Part shown: positions 38,541 to 52,323 of the stretch, piece after piece
How positions within the stretch are numbered: the stretch's first letter is position 1
Layout: each line of letters opens with the position of its first letter
Source: Lama guanicoe
Lineage: Eukaryota
Reading direction: 5' to 3'
DNA: 64,000 bases
NCBI GenBank assembly: GCA_013239625.1
Contig: MU054187.1
Coordinates: 14,418,974-14,482,973, forward strand
Notes under the pieces: generated by a model
Told to the model about the DNA's origin: nothing
Seen by the model: only the letters and a program-made list of their open reading frames with translations
Databases searched by the model: none
Position numbers and translations under genes: made by a program

Positions 38541-40689
38541 AACTTGTCATTTTTTATACCCAAGCTCTGTGAGAAAAATCTTACTGTGTGTTTCCATAAG
38601 TCAGCTTGAATTCTTGCCACAATACTGTTGGACAAAAAGTTTTGTTTATAAATACTCAAAATACCCAACAATACTCCCTACTCCTGTCATGGTGAGTTTT
38701 TCATAACAGAAAAATTATAATTCATATAGAGGTAAAATACTTTGGTAAATGAGAGAAAGAGCAGAAATGGTGGTGGCTTCTTCTGATTGAGATTTAGCAT
38801 ATGTGGGTAGACTAGTTCTATATACCATCAAGGATGATTTATCAAAATTTAAGAAGAAAATCAATTATTTGTACGTTTTGAAAGCTGATGCCTCAGAATT
38901 TTATTCCTTCTTTGATCAGATAGACATTTTGTTTAGTACTATGTCAGAAGTCAAGTCCTGCTTCCTGGTTGGCATCAATTATCTTAAAACACACCCATTT
39001 TTTGGGAAATGTGTGCCTGCTAATTTAGAACTGGATATCTGAAGAGTTAGTTGGTTGCTACTGGCAAAATAGATTCTTAATGAGTCTTTTTTCCCCAATC
39101 TTCTTTTGTCTAAAGTTTCAAGTGGCAGCCAGGTATAAATATGTTATGTGACTGCTTTCCTGTTGGTAAAAGTCCACCTTTCCTAGCATTTGCTATTCAT
39201 TAAATTTGTGTGTCTTGATGGTGACAAAATCTTTCTAACCTGTTCAATAAACCTTATCTTTAAAATTCAAAAAAAAATTACAATTAAAAAAATTCTTAAA
39301 ACCTAGAAAATGAACTGCTGGCTCAAAACAGGAAATTTAAGAAAAGGATGAGCCAGAACAGCAAAATTTATCAGTTTGATAATGACTTTTTAAAAAATCA
39401 TTTATATGAAAACTCACAAAATCCAAGCAAGGTCTGTAGTCTAGTTCACTGTATTGTACCCACATCAGTTTCCTGGTTTTGATCATGTACTACAATCATG
39501 TAATATGTCACCACTGGGAGAAGCTGAGTGATGGGTACACACCACCTCTCTGTACCATTTCTACAACTTAAAAAAGTTTTAAATCCCCAATTACATGAAA
39601 GCACTGTTTTGCTGCTCTGGGCCTCTCCCTTTACAGAGGCCCTAGAACAAGGCAGTGTGAGACATCAAGGTGGAGAGGCCGGTGGCACTGATCCTAGAGG
39701 TGGCACTGGTCCCAGATGCAGCCCTGAGGAAAAGCAGGCATGGCAATGTGTTCTCCTCGAGTCTGCAACTTTGACCACTGCCTCACCTCGTGTGCAGCCC
39801 TGGCTCCCCAGTCTCTGGCTGCTTGACCTTTGGTTCCGTGAAAGTAAGGGAGATCCTGATGGGAGTGTGGGTCCCAGGGCTGGGGTTCTAATCTTTGTCA
39901 GGGAAGCCTGAGGTCATTTATTAGGTGAGAGCATATGTGACCCAAGAAGGAAGCTACTGGACTACTACAGTTGTTCTCCTGGAGTGCAGGGGTAGACAAT
40001 CCAAGCTGTCAGGCTGTTAGGATCTCAGAAATCTCCTCTTCCCATAGCCTGGTTGTTGAGATGCAATGGAACAGGTGGCTATTTTTATGGGACCTAACCT
40101 CTCCTTTCCCACACAGCTCAATATCCATCTGGTCTTCCAGCCAAGGGCCTTGGGTCCCTGGTTCTGCCTAATTTTAAGCTAATTAAGTTAATAATACAAA
40201 ATTTGAAGAAAACTTCTGAAAATTAAACTGAAAAAGGAAAATATTGACTAAGAGCAATACAATGAAAAAATAAAACAAACAGGTGAATAATTTGTTAGAA
40301 GTTTCTTTTTCAGGTCAGTCTCAGAATCACCTTGGAAGGTAAAGTCTCAACTTGGCAAAAATCTGGTCACATCTCATGGTCTAGATGAGATTAAAACGGT
40401 CTAGATTAAAAGAAACAGCTACACTTAAATAAGAGTCATTACTGAACCAATGAGCAAAATGATGTATTTTAATGTGCTTAAAAAGCATAACTTAAATCAG
40501 TGGTGAAAATTAACCTTGTTCTTGCCCTTAGAGTTGGATGAAAGCACTAATTTTGTTAATTTGTGGATTTTATAGGGGTTTGGGGGCTACATTTAACATG
40601 ATGTATGTGGTAAGTTGTTAATTTGGTGAATGCTTATGAATAAAATTACTGACGAAGAACTTTTTGGAAGATATGCAAGGCTTGTGGCA

Positions 40690-40830
40690 AGCGCAGTACC
40701 AAGAGGGAAGAGCGCTTGGTGCGGTCCTGCCCGCAAAGATGGAGCCCCCGGGCGGAGCCCCGGCGGGACACCACGCGCCGCGGCAGCCAGCTCACCTACC
40801 AGCGACTGCGCCTGGCCTGTATCAGCTGTG
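40690..40830. promoter_or_regulatory. Small intronic CpG/GC-rich patch, candidate regulatory element
   Basis: Dense CpGs (cccgggcggagccccggcgggacaccacgcgccgcggc) in an otherwise AT-rich, CpG-poor window. Confidence 0.4.
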
Positions 40831-42594
40831 TGACTGGGTGGGGGTGGGGGGGTCAACAAAATGGCAAATGATCAATTTTCTTTAGAAAAACAAAAAGAAC
40901 AATAACAGCAACAAAAAGGTTTTATGAATATTCATCTTTTATACGGAACCAAGCTTGAAATGAGCTGGGCAATGCTTGTTCTGCTACACAAATGTGCACC
41001 AGCTTAGCCAAGGAAAGGGGCTCGGCAGGGTTTTCAAACCCAGGGTTGAACTGTTATTTTTTTCTGTAAAAGAGAAAAGTAAAAAGTATTCAATGATAAT
41101 AAACAAGAACCTGAATGTGGTGAATAAACTCACCATTCATCTTAATAATAAAGAAGGTCTCACATAGTTTGGCTTATGGAGAAGAATTGTGTTCAAGGCT
41201 CAACATTTTCAATTAAGACAGAACTGTGAATATTTCTCCTGAGGCAGAACTTTTGCAGTGGTAATGAAGTTTGAGAGCAGCTTGTGAAGATAATGAGTCA
41301 TGTCTGACTGTTAGTTTATTTAGTTTATTCAAATGGGATAAAAACATTGCTGGTAAATGAACATGGTTTTAGTTATCTTTAGTTATCTTTCTTCACAGAA
41401 AAAATCCGTTGGCGACTATTTCCCTAAGACTGTAAAAAATACTGAAAAATGGATTATGTAAACTTGCCGCAGGACACAAATGACCAATCTCTCAGCAAGA
41501 GACACACACCAAGAAGTGTGGCACAGCAGCTCCAGCACCGCTCCACACTCCTCTGCCAGCGTCCTGAGCACCCGTTACAGAGGGCACACAAAACGGAAGT
41601 AACCACAGCTAAGACTCACACAGTCCTCACCAGAGAGCAGGCTTTACATACACAGCTCAGTAGCCCTCACGATGACCCTACGAAGCAGGGATTGTGATGA
41701 GCCCCATCTTACAGCTGAAGGCCCTGAGGCACAGAGAGGTTATGTGACTTGCTCAGAGTTTTAGTAAGGGGTCAGCGCTGGGACTGCACAGCACAGGGAA
41801 CTATACTTAATATCTCGTGATAACCTATAATGGAAAAGAATCTGAGAAAAGAATACACACACACACACACACAGAGCCCTCTCCTCAGTTTGCTCACGGG
41901 ATGGAAGTTCATGTCAGGAAAGGCAAACCAAGAATACCAGAGACTCCCTCCCCTGCCCACAAAGCAAGGGAGCCACTCTCAGGGAAGTAGGCCACTGACC
42001 CCGTCCCCACTCTGGAACCGTGACTCAGAAATTCTGCCCAGAGGTGAGGTAGTCCACAAGAACAGAGCTCTGATGCTTTCCCAAAGGGACTGACTTTATT
42101 TGAAATGGACTGGAAGTTCAAGCCTAAGGACACTCCTGAAAACTCTGGAGATTTTGGCAGTAAGCAGCTCAGTGGAGTCTGGTAGCTTCAGGAAAAGTAC
42201 AGCAAGTTACAATGTAAACCCGCTAATTTCCCAGAAAGAACCAGGGAAAGAGACAGCTAAGAAGAGTGCCCTTGGGGTCAGAACAAATCTGAAATACTGG
42301 CCTCAAAAAACTATCCTGAAAAGGGTAATTTATAATCCAAATTTAATTAAATCATAATGAGAACAATTTATAACCAAGAAAACAAAAGGGCTATATGCCA
42401 GCAATTAGTGGATCCTAGCAGCTATGAGTTATACCAACAGATGCAGAAAGCTTAACAGAGATCAGCTAACAGTAGGGAAAAAGAGCCCTACTAAATCTGT
42501 CATCCATGTGAGAATGAGCTGCTGAAGATGCTCCCTCTGAGAGGTGACATCAAAGGTATCATTGTGCAAGAAAAATGAACATCACAAAAACAGT

Positions 42595-43915
42595 TCAGCT
42601 TTTCCTCTAAAACCAGGAACAAGGCAACAAGGATCCCCACTTCCGATACTTCTATTCAACAAATACCGGAAGCTCTAACCAGAGCAATTAGGCAAAAAAA
42701 GAAATAGAAGGCATGCATGTTGGAAAAGAAGAAGTAAAATTATCTCTATTTGTAGATTATATCATCTTCTATGTAGAAAACATGAAAGATTCCACACACA
42801 AAAAATCTGTTAGAATAAATGAATTTGGCAAAGTAGCAAGATATAAAGTCAACACACAAAAATCAGTTGTTTTTCTATACAATAAACAATCTGAAAAAGA
42901 AATTATGAAAACAATTACATTTATAATAGTATCAAAAAGAATAAAATATTCAGGAATTATCTTAACTAAGGAGGTAAAAACTTTTACGCTGAAAATTATA
43001 AAGCACTGCTGAAAGAAATTAAAGAAAACAAATAAATGGAAAGAGAACCTGTGTTCATGGACTGTGAAATATAATGCTATTAAAATGGTCATACTACCAA
43101 AACAATCTATAGATTCAATGCAATTCCTAACTAAATCCCAGAGGCATTTTTTACAGAAATTTAAAAAATTTTAAAATTTATATGGACTACAAAAGACCTT
43201 GAATACCCAAGTCAATTTTGAGAAAGAAGAATAAAGCTGGGGGCATCATACTTATTGATTTGAAAATATATTACAAAGCTATAGTAATCAAAACACTAGG
43301 GTACTAGCATAAATACAGACATACAGACCAACTGAACAGATTAGAGAGCCACACATATATGGTCAACTAATCTTCAACAGTACCAAGCCTACATAATGAG
43401 GAAAGAACAGTCTCTTTAACAAATGGGAAATCTGGATATCTACATGGGCAAAGACACATTTTTTAGAAAGAATAGACATTTCCTCAAAGATGACATACAT
43501 GGTCAACAGATAAGAAAAAATGCTCAACATCACTAGTGATCAGAAAAACACAAATACAAAATCACAATGAAGTATCACTTGCCATCTGGTAGGATGCTCA
43601 TTATTTTAACAAAACGGAGATAAGTGTTGACAAAGATATGGAGAAACTGGAACTCCTGTGCACTGTTGGTGGGAATACAATTGGTGTAGCCACTATCGCT
43701 GGAGCTACCTCAAAAGATTACAAAAAGAACTATCACATGAAACAGCAATCCCACTTTAGGATATTTACCCAAAAGAACTGAAAACATGATCTCAAAGAGA
43801 TATTTGTACTCTCACGTTCATTACAGCATTATTCACAATAGTCACGAAGTGGAAGTAATTCAACAATGGCTGAACGGATAAAGAAAATGTGGTGTATATA
43901 TATATCTGTGTGTGT

Positions 43916-43957
<42 letters not shown>

Positions 43958-44345
43958 GAATATTATTTAGTCATAAAAAAGAATGAAACCCCATCATCTG
44001 CAGCAACATGAATGAACCTTGAGGAGATGGTGTTAAGTGACATAAGCCAGTCAGAGAAGGAAAAAACTACTTGATTTCATACATATGAGGTATATAAAGT
44101 AGTCAAACTCATAGAAACCCAAAGTAGAACAGTAGTTGCCAGGAACTGTGGCGAGGGGGAAATAGGGAGTTGTTCAATGATTACAGTTTCAGTCATGCAA
44201 GATGAAAAAAGTTCTAGAGGTGTGCTGTACAATGCTGTGCTTACAGCTAACAATTCTGTATTGTACACTTAAAAATGCGTTATGAGGGAAGTTCTCATGT
44301 TACGTGTTTTTTATCGCAATAAAAAAGTAATAAAATAAAATTTAA
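42595..44345 (+). mobile_element. L1 (ORF2 3' part and 3' UTR), decayed
   Basis: ORF 42713..43012 (GKEEVKLSLF..INEFGKVARYKVNTQKSV) resembles the L1 ORF2 RT region; A-rich tail at about 44320-44345. Confidence 0.9.
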
Positions 44346-44349
44346 AAAT

Positions 44350-46526
44350 AGTAAATATCGTACATATCAACAATGAACAAGTGTAATTTAAAATTAAAAA
44401 CACAGTATGATTTATATTAGCACCCACCAAAAATGAGATACTTAGGTATAAATCTAACAAAATATGTATAAGACATACATGAAGAAACCTACAAAACTCT
44501 GATGAACAAGATCAAGAAAAACTAAATAAGTGAAGACATATTCCATGTTCATGGATAAAAAGATTCAATATTTTCAAGATTTCAGTTCTTTCCAACTTGA
44601 CCTATAGACTTCAATTTTGATCCAAATCAAAATCCCAGCAAGTTATTTTATTATTTATTTTATGGATATTGACAAACTGATTCTAAAGTTGATACACGCA
44701 GGCAAAAATCCCATAATAGGCAACACAGTATCAAAGGTGAAGAACAAAGTTGGAGGACTGACACTACCTGACTTCAAGACTTACTATAAAGAGACAGTAA
44801 TTGAGATAATGTGGTATTTGATGAAAAAATAGACAAATAGACCAAGAGAATAGAAGAGCAAGCCCAGAAACAGACCCCCATAAATACAGTTAATTGATCT
44901 TTCACAAAGGAACACAGGCAATACAACGGAAAAAAGACAGTCTCTTCAACAAATCGTGTTGGGACAACTGGACACCCACATGTAAAAGAATTAATCTAAC
45001 CACAGGTTACACAGACCTTACACCGTTCACAAAACTCATAGTCCTAAGTAAGATACACAACGATAAATCTCCTAGAAGATAACATATGAGAAAATCTACA
45101 TGACCTTGGGTATGGTGATGCCTTTTTAAATATAACACCAAAGACAAGATCCATGAAGGGGGAGGTATAGCTCAAGTGGTAGACTACATGCTTAGCAGGC
45201 ATCAGGTCCTGGGTTCAATCCCCAGTAACTCCCCTAAAGAAAATTAATAAACCTAAATACCTATCCCCCTAAAAATTCCCAAAAATAAACATTGAAAAAT
45301 TTTTTAAAGATAAGATCCATGAAAAAATAGTTGATAAGCTGGACTTCATTAAAATTAAAAACTTCTGCTCTACAAAAGACAATGCCAAGAGAATTAAAAG
45401 AGAAGTCACAGACCGGGAGAAAATATTTGCAAAAGACACATTTAATAAAGGATATATATTAATATATCCAAAGTATTTTACAAAGAACTCTTAAAACTCA
45501 AAAATAAGGTGTCAAACAACTCATTTTAAAAATGAGTCAAAAACCTTAAAAGTCACCTCACCAAAGAAGACATACAGATGGCAAATACCCATATGAAAAG
45601 ATGCTTCACATCATACGTCATCAGGGAGATGCAAATAAAAACGAGATATCACTGCACACCTATTATAATGGCCAAAATCTGAAACACTAACGTCACTACC
45701 AAATACTGGTGAGCACATGGAGTTAAAGGAACTTCCATTCGTTGCTGACAGGAAAGGGAAATGGTACAGCCACTGTGGAAAACAGTTTGATGGTTTCTTA
45801 CAAAACTAAGCATACTCTTAGCATATAACCCAGCAATTACGTTTCCTGCTATTTCTTCAAAGGAATTAAAATCTATGTCCACATAAAAATCTGCACACAG
45901 ATATTTGTAACACCTAATGATTGCCAAAACTTAGAAGTAATCAAGATGTCCCTGAGTAGGTGAATAAACTGTGATACACCAGACAATGAAATATTACTTA
46001 GAGCTAAAAAGAAATAAGCTATCAATCATGAAAAGTCATGGAGTAACCTTAAACGCATATCACCATGTGAAAGAAGCCAATCTTAAAAGGTTACGTATCT
46101 GTGATTCTAACTACCTGATATTCTGGAAAAGGTGAAAGTACAGAGACAATAAAAAGAACACTGTCAGAGGTGATGGGAGGTAGGGAGAGAGAAACAGCAC
46201 AGATTTTTTGGGCAGTGAAAATATTCTGCATGATATTGTAATGATGGATATATGTCATTACACATTTGTCCAAACCTGTTAAATGTACAAAAGCAAGAGT
46301 GAACCCCTAAGGTGATCATGATACGTCAATGTAGGTTCATCCTTTGTTTAAAAAAAATATATACATATGTATGTATATATATCATTCTGGTGAGTTATAT
46401 TGATAATGGGAAAAGTTATGGGGACAAAGGGTATATGAGAAATCTCTGTATCTCCCTCTCAATTTTGTTGTAAATCTAAAACTGCTCTAAAAAATACTTT
46501 TTTAAAAATAGCAAAAAAAAAAAAAG
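44350..46526 (+). mobile_element. Second L1 (L1MC-like) ORF2 and 3' UTR, interrupted by a SINE
   Basis: KNKVGGLTLPDFKTYYK and SLFNKSCWDNW fragments; 3' end taaatctaaaactgctctaaaaaa. Confidence 0.9.
45158..45305 (+). mobile_element. Vic-1-type SINE nested in L1
   Basis: gggggaggtatagctcaagtggtag...ggtcctgggttcaatccccagta; 18-bp TSD aaagacaagatccatgaa (45140-45157) / aaagataagatccatgaa (45306-45323). Confidence 0.92.
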
Positions 46527-48199
46527 GTCTAAAATTTTGTACCAGCATGAAATGAAACATAGAAAAGACGACACAGTCCAGCGGTAAGTGCACTCAACAA
46601 AAGTCCAGCTATCTGGGTTCAAGTTGCAGATCGCCTCTTTACCTTGTTTCCTTCATCTGTAAAATGAATTAGACAGAGGATCCTGAAAATCTCTTTCAGC
46701 TCTAAAAGTCTATGAATCATCTTAACACAAACCAGAAAGCTTGGAATAAAACAATACACTTGAATAACATCACCCCAAAAGCCTGTTGAGTGTTTTTAAA
46801 AATGGGCTATTACTATTAAAGTCTTAAGAAAAATCATGCAATGCAGATGTCTGTTCCATCGTTAAAACAAACACAGCACATGCTTTCTCAGCCATTTTAG
46901 TGTTTTTACATGATCCACCCAAATATCAAACTGGTATCTGAAACAATAGTTTGGACATTTTCCACGTTATGAAACATCCTAAATGGTTTTTTTTTTAAGA
47001 TTCTGGTACATGACATATAAAACATTCTCTCACGAAAATGCATACTTAATTTTAATGGAATTTCTTTAGGAAAACATTATCCAGTTTTTCCTTAATTATC
47101 AGCAAGTGATAGATCTAGAAATAAATATGCTGTCTGCCAGCAAAGGCAGACCTTAGAATCAGAAGACACAAGTTCAAGTCACCACTACCTCTAACTAACT
47201 CAGTGTCCTCAGGCAAGTTATAAAATCACCTGAGCCTCAATTATCCTGTTTGTAAAGTGAGAGGTTGGATGTTCTCCAACATTTTCACACTTAAGACTTC
47301 TGTCTTTTTTTTCTTCTATGCATACCATGTTTCAAGGATTTATCTTTCAGACAGACTACATTTATTTAGTAATAATAAATCACCTTCCTGTTCTTTCCAC
47401 CAAAGACTGCCAATCTGAGATTCAGATCAGCTTGAGATATGAATTCAGACATGTACTGTTCTAACCCAAAGCAAAGAAATCTACTAAGAATGAATGCATT
47501 ATTTTCATTAGGTTGTTGAAATACCAATAATGACATCTATTATTATACAAAGACTAGCAACACCAAAGTGAGAACCCCAGGTCCAGGGGATATCTAAACA
47601 CCATCAACACGGCAGGAAAACAGTAAAAACACTGTGTTTTTCCATTAGTTCAAATATTAAGCACTGACAATATCAGGTACTGTGCATATGATTTTATTTT
47701 TAAATAAAAAACAATAGATTTTTTTTCAAATTATATTTTTCATTTTTAAAAAGTTTGCCCTCCTTTTCTCATGAGGGAGAGGGGAGTAGTTAACTACGTT
47801 TGTCTTACACACGGACTAGCTTTTCAAGAAGCAGTGTCCACTTTTAAATTCCATTGAAATCACCAATAATAGCAAAAATAGAACAATGCAGTCCATGAAT
47901 CGTTTCTGAATAAATGAAAGAATGAATGCTATACCCATTATACACAGAAGTTCTAGGGAGACAGCTGCTACTGCCTTTCTGAACCCTAACAGCCCTCAAC
48001 CATGCAGTGTCCTGCTGCTCCTGTCAGTGCCTTTAATCGATGTGTTGACTACCCCCCCTCTTATTTCTCATGTCAAGGAGATTTTTATCTTTTCAATTAC
48101 TTATATACTTCATGCAGTATGTGCAGAAAGATCATGAAACAAGTACATCTTTGTTCACATTTGTTTTCAGCAAACAAATTATGTTTACTAATGTTAAAA

Positions 48200-50260
48200 T
48201 ACTCAGTGATTAAAAGTGGTGTATGAATAAACAGTCAGGTGAACAGGAGAGAAACTCCAGAATAATACCAAATACAGAATCTTCATATACAACAGTCAAA
48301 TCTCAGTGCAATGGAGAGTAAAGCAGGATCCACGCTTTCAGTATAAATCCCAGAGGGATCAAAGATTTAAGGACAAAGAAAAAAAAAAAAACTAGAAAGT
48401 TTCCAGAAGATAACTTAAAAGGAATTTTTTATAATCTCAGAATGAGGAAGGCATTATAACTATGCAAAGATTACAAATGCTATAAAAGATTATAAAAGTA
48501 AGGTCATTCAATTATGTTAAAAAGAAAACCAAACATTAAAAGAAAATTTCCAAGGGGGGAGGGTATAGCTCAAGGGGTAGAGTGCACGCTTAGCATACAC
48601 AAGGTCCTGGGTTCGATCCCCAGCACCTCCTCTAAAAATAAAACAAAGAGGTTAACCTAATTACCTACCCCCACCTCAAAATAAATTAAACTCCACCACT
48701 AACAAAGAAACAAGAAAAATACTGGTAAGTCATATCATAAAGGCACACATACACTGTTTTCAGATAAGGAAAGAAAAAGACCAACAATTTAATATTAAAA
48801 TAAGCAACAGATATGACTATATCACTGACATAAAAAGTATAGAAATGGCTCATAAATATACAAAAAATATACTCAATCAAAATAGGAGAAATGCAAAATA
48901 AAACTACACTGAATACCACATTTCAACTATCAGATTGGCACATGTCCAGACCTTTGAGAGCACACTGTCACCGAAGCTGTGGGGAAACAGGAAATCTCAT
49001 ACACTGCTGATGGACATGCAAACTGGGAAATCTCTACTGAGTGTAAACTGGCAACATCCATCAAAATTGTAAGTGCACATATTCTTTGACTTTTAAGAAT
49101 TTATCCAAAAAATATACTAGCATACATGTAAAATGATGTTATGTTTGAGGCTTTATGAAGCAAGATTACGTAGAATATAAAAATACTAGAAACAATCTAA
49201 ATGCTCATGAGTTTGAAACCAGTTAAATAATAATTAAGTCCTACACATTATCAATATAGAAGGATCTTCAAGGCATACTGTTGAATGAAAAGGGAAAACA
49301 CTGTAGAATAGTGTGTCTGAAATGCCACAGGATAAAACAGTACCTATTTGAATTTGTTTCTAATAGTATAAAAAGATTCTGGAACAATATAAAACAATAC
49401 AAAAGAAACTAACATAAATTACTTGCTTGGGAGACAAGGTGGAAACTGTGGCTAAGAGGACAAACGCAGTGGGAGATTTGTCACCTTTTTTGTATTTTAC
49501 ATTTTTATCCACTAAAAAACCTAAGTGAAAAAAAGAATAAAATAAGTAAGATTAATGATACAGTGGAATTTGAACTAGAATCCAGATGAATTCATCATTA
49601 AAATGAAATCAAAGGTACAAAAGTGATTTAAAAATTTTCTCCTTCTTGCAATATGGAGGGCTTGATACTTTGAAGGGCTCTCTGGCTTGCCCACCACAGG
49701 GCAACCAGCATTTCTTATAAATCTGAACTTATACATACCCTGTAATGCATAAATTCCACTCCTAGGTGTGTTCCCAGAAACTCTTACACACGTGCACCAG
49801 GAGACATGTTAAAAAATGTTTATAGTAATATTGGTTATAATAACAAAATCCTGAACTACCCCAAGAGTGGATCAATAGAATAGATAAATCAATTATAGTT
49901 GATGCACATAGAAGATGAAATACTGTATGTTGCAACATAAATTAATCTTAAATTACAATGTTAAGTGGGAGAAAAAATGTTCCAGAAAATATACAGTATA
50001 ATGTCATTTTTTTCTAAAGGTTAAAAAAAAAAACTATACTAAAATACTGTTAAGAACTCATTTGGTAAAACTGTAAGAAATAAAGGGTGGGGTAAAATCG
50101 GCCAAGGGACATGAAAGAGGATGAAGGTGAAAGTAATGGCATTGGTAACATTTCAGTTCTCAAATTGAGTGGTGGATTCACGTTTATTTTATTCTCAGGC
50201 TTCATAACTTCTATGTGTTAAACTCATTATGTACCAAGTGTACCTATATTTTTCTTTAAA
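48200..50260 (+). mobile_element. Highly decayed L1ME-like fragments
   Basis: gaaatgcaaaataaaactacactg..ataccac; tctcatacactgctgatgg; aattccactcctaggt..ccagaaactcttacacacgtgcaccaggagacatg. Confidence 0.55.
48554..48690 (+). mobile_element. Vic-1-type SINE within a decayed L1
   Basis: ggggggagggtatagctcaaggggtagagtgcacgcttagcatacacaaggtcctgggttcgatccccagcacctcc. Confidence 0.9.
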
Positions 50261-50464
50261 AATAACACACAAATTTAACATTTCTTGGCACACTATAATA
50301 TATTATTATTCCATGGGACTTATAAACCTCCATGTTTCTACACAAGCTGATGAATGAGTAATTATAAATGTTACTCTTCTGTTCTCCTGTATGTTTGTTG
50401 TAGAGTTTCTTTGATAACAGAGAAAATCAATTAAGTACATATATAAGTTATGAAGCCTGAGAGC

Positions 50465-52323
50465 TGCCTCCTAAAGCAAAGGAAATAAAAGCAAAGATAA
50501 ACAAATGGGACCTAATTAAACCTAAAAGTTTTTGCATAGCAGAAGGAACTACTGACAAAACAAAAAGACAACCTACTGAATGGAAGAAAATATTTGCACA
50601 TGATACGACCAATAAGGGGTTAATATCCAAAATACATAAACAGCTCATACAACTCAACATCAAAAAAGACAAACAACTCAATTAAAAAATGGGCTGAAGA
50701 TCTGAACATTTTTTCCAACGAAGACATACAGATGGCCAACAGGCACATAAAAAGATGCTCATCATTAATCATCAGAGAAATGCAAATTAAAACCACAATG
50801 AGGTATCACCTCACACCTGTCAGAATGGCTATCATCAAAAAGATCACAAATAACAAATAATGGCGAGGATAAGGGGAAAAGGGAATTCTCATACATTATT
50901 GGTGGGAATGTAAACTGGTGCAGCCGCTATGGAAAACAGTATGGAGATTCCTCAAAAAATTAAAAATAGAACTACCATATGATCCAACAATGCCACCTCT
51001 GGGTATTTATCTAAAGAAATTGAAAACACTAATTCAAAAAAATATATGTACCCCTGCATTCATCAATGTCTTACAGTTTTCCAAGTACAGGTCTTTTATC
51101 TCCTTGGTTAGATTTATTCCTAGATATTTTATTCTTTTTGATTTCTGTACATTAATTTTGTATCCTGAAGACAATTTTAATCCGGCATAGTTAGCACCTA
51201 GCTGTAAGTAGACAAAAAAGTTAAAGTATATGTGCATTTAATTTTTGAAGTGGAAGGTTTGTTTTTTAAAGATTACAGTTATAAGAAAGTGCTAACAGTT
51301 ACAACCAAAAAACAATTTAAATGGCTTTGTAAGTGACTGTGATTGCACAGCCTGGGTCCTAGCTTTATTACCTGCAGACTTAAAATAGACCTAATTTTTG
51401 TATGCTTCTCAGGCTTTCTTCATTGCCCTGAATTGCAATGAATCTGTAGACTGCCTTGATATATACAATGGAATATTACTCACCTATAAAAAAGAATGAA
51501 ATCTTGCCATTTGCGACAACATGGATGAACCTAGAGGGTATTATGCTAATGAAACAGATCAGACAGAGAACGACAAATACTATATGACTTCACTTATATG
51601 TGGAATCTAAAACAAAATGAATGAACAAACATAACAAAAGAGTTTCGGATACAGAGAACAAATATGTGGTTGCTAGAGGGAAGAGCATGGGGGAGGAAAG
51701 GAATAAGTGAGGGAGATAGGAGGTACACACTTCCAGCTGCAAAATTAATCAGTTAGGGGTATGACACATACAGGGTGGGGAACGTAACTAATAACTACCT
51801 AATATCTTTGTATGGTGATATTGTAACTAGACTTATGTGGTGATCATTTTGAAATTTATAGAAATATCGAATGACTATGTTGGGTAACAGGAACTGACAT
51901 AGTATTATAGGTCAATTCTACTTCAAAAACCAACAAACTCATAGAAAAAAAGATCAGATTTGCGGTTACTAGAGGCAGTGGGTGAGGAAGGGGAAACTGG
52001 AGGAAGGCAGTCAACATACTTCTAGTTACAAGCTAAAAAGTAAGTACTAGGAATGTAACGCACAACACAATAAATACAATTAATACTGCTGTACATTATA
52101 TAAGAAAGTTGTTGAGAGTAAATCCTAAAATTTCACATTACAACAAAAATTTTTTTCCATTTCTTTAATTTTGTATCTATTTGAAACGATAGGTGTTCAC
52201 TAAACTTACTGTGAAAATCATTTCATGACATATGCAAATCAAATCATTATGCTGTACACCTTAAACTTATACAATGCTTTATGTCAATTATATCTCAATA
52301 AAACTGAAAGAAAAAAATAAAAT
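50465..52323 (+). mobile_element. 5'-truncated L1 with an internal complex insertion and two tandem 3'-UTR modules
   Basis: aacaaatgggacctaattaaac.., [22 protein letters not shown]; interrupted at 51061-51458; 3'-end modules end at about 51930 and about 52320. Confidence 0.9.

Noticed and set aside
40593..40885. Overlapping GC-rich ORFs as a small gene
   Set aside because: No recognisable protein; high GC explains the lack of stop codons
42713..45082. Reverse-transcriptase-like ORFs as an active retroelement or novel RT system
   Set aside because: Short, frameshifted, stop-riddled fragments of ordinary L1 ORF2; the same holds for 1992-4181, 50918-51237 and 62295-62495
45158..45235. tRNA gene (A box and B box; also at 13928, 27360 and 48554)
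   Set aside because: No complete cloverleaf, and they carry A-rich tails and in some cases TSDs, so they are tRNA-derived SINEs
51460..52323. Doubled L1 3' UTR as a unique rearrangement
   Set aside because: It may simply be the consensus structure of this L1 subfamily or an adjacent second insertion; this cannot be resolved without a repeat library
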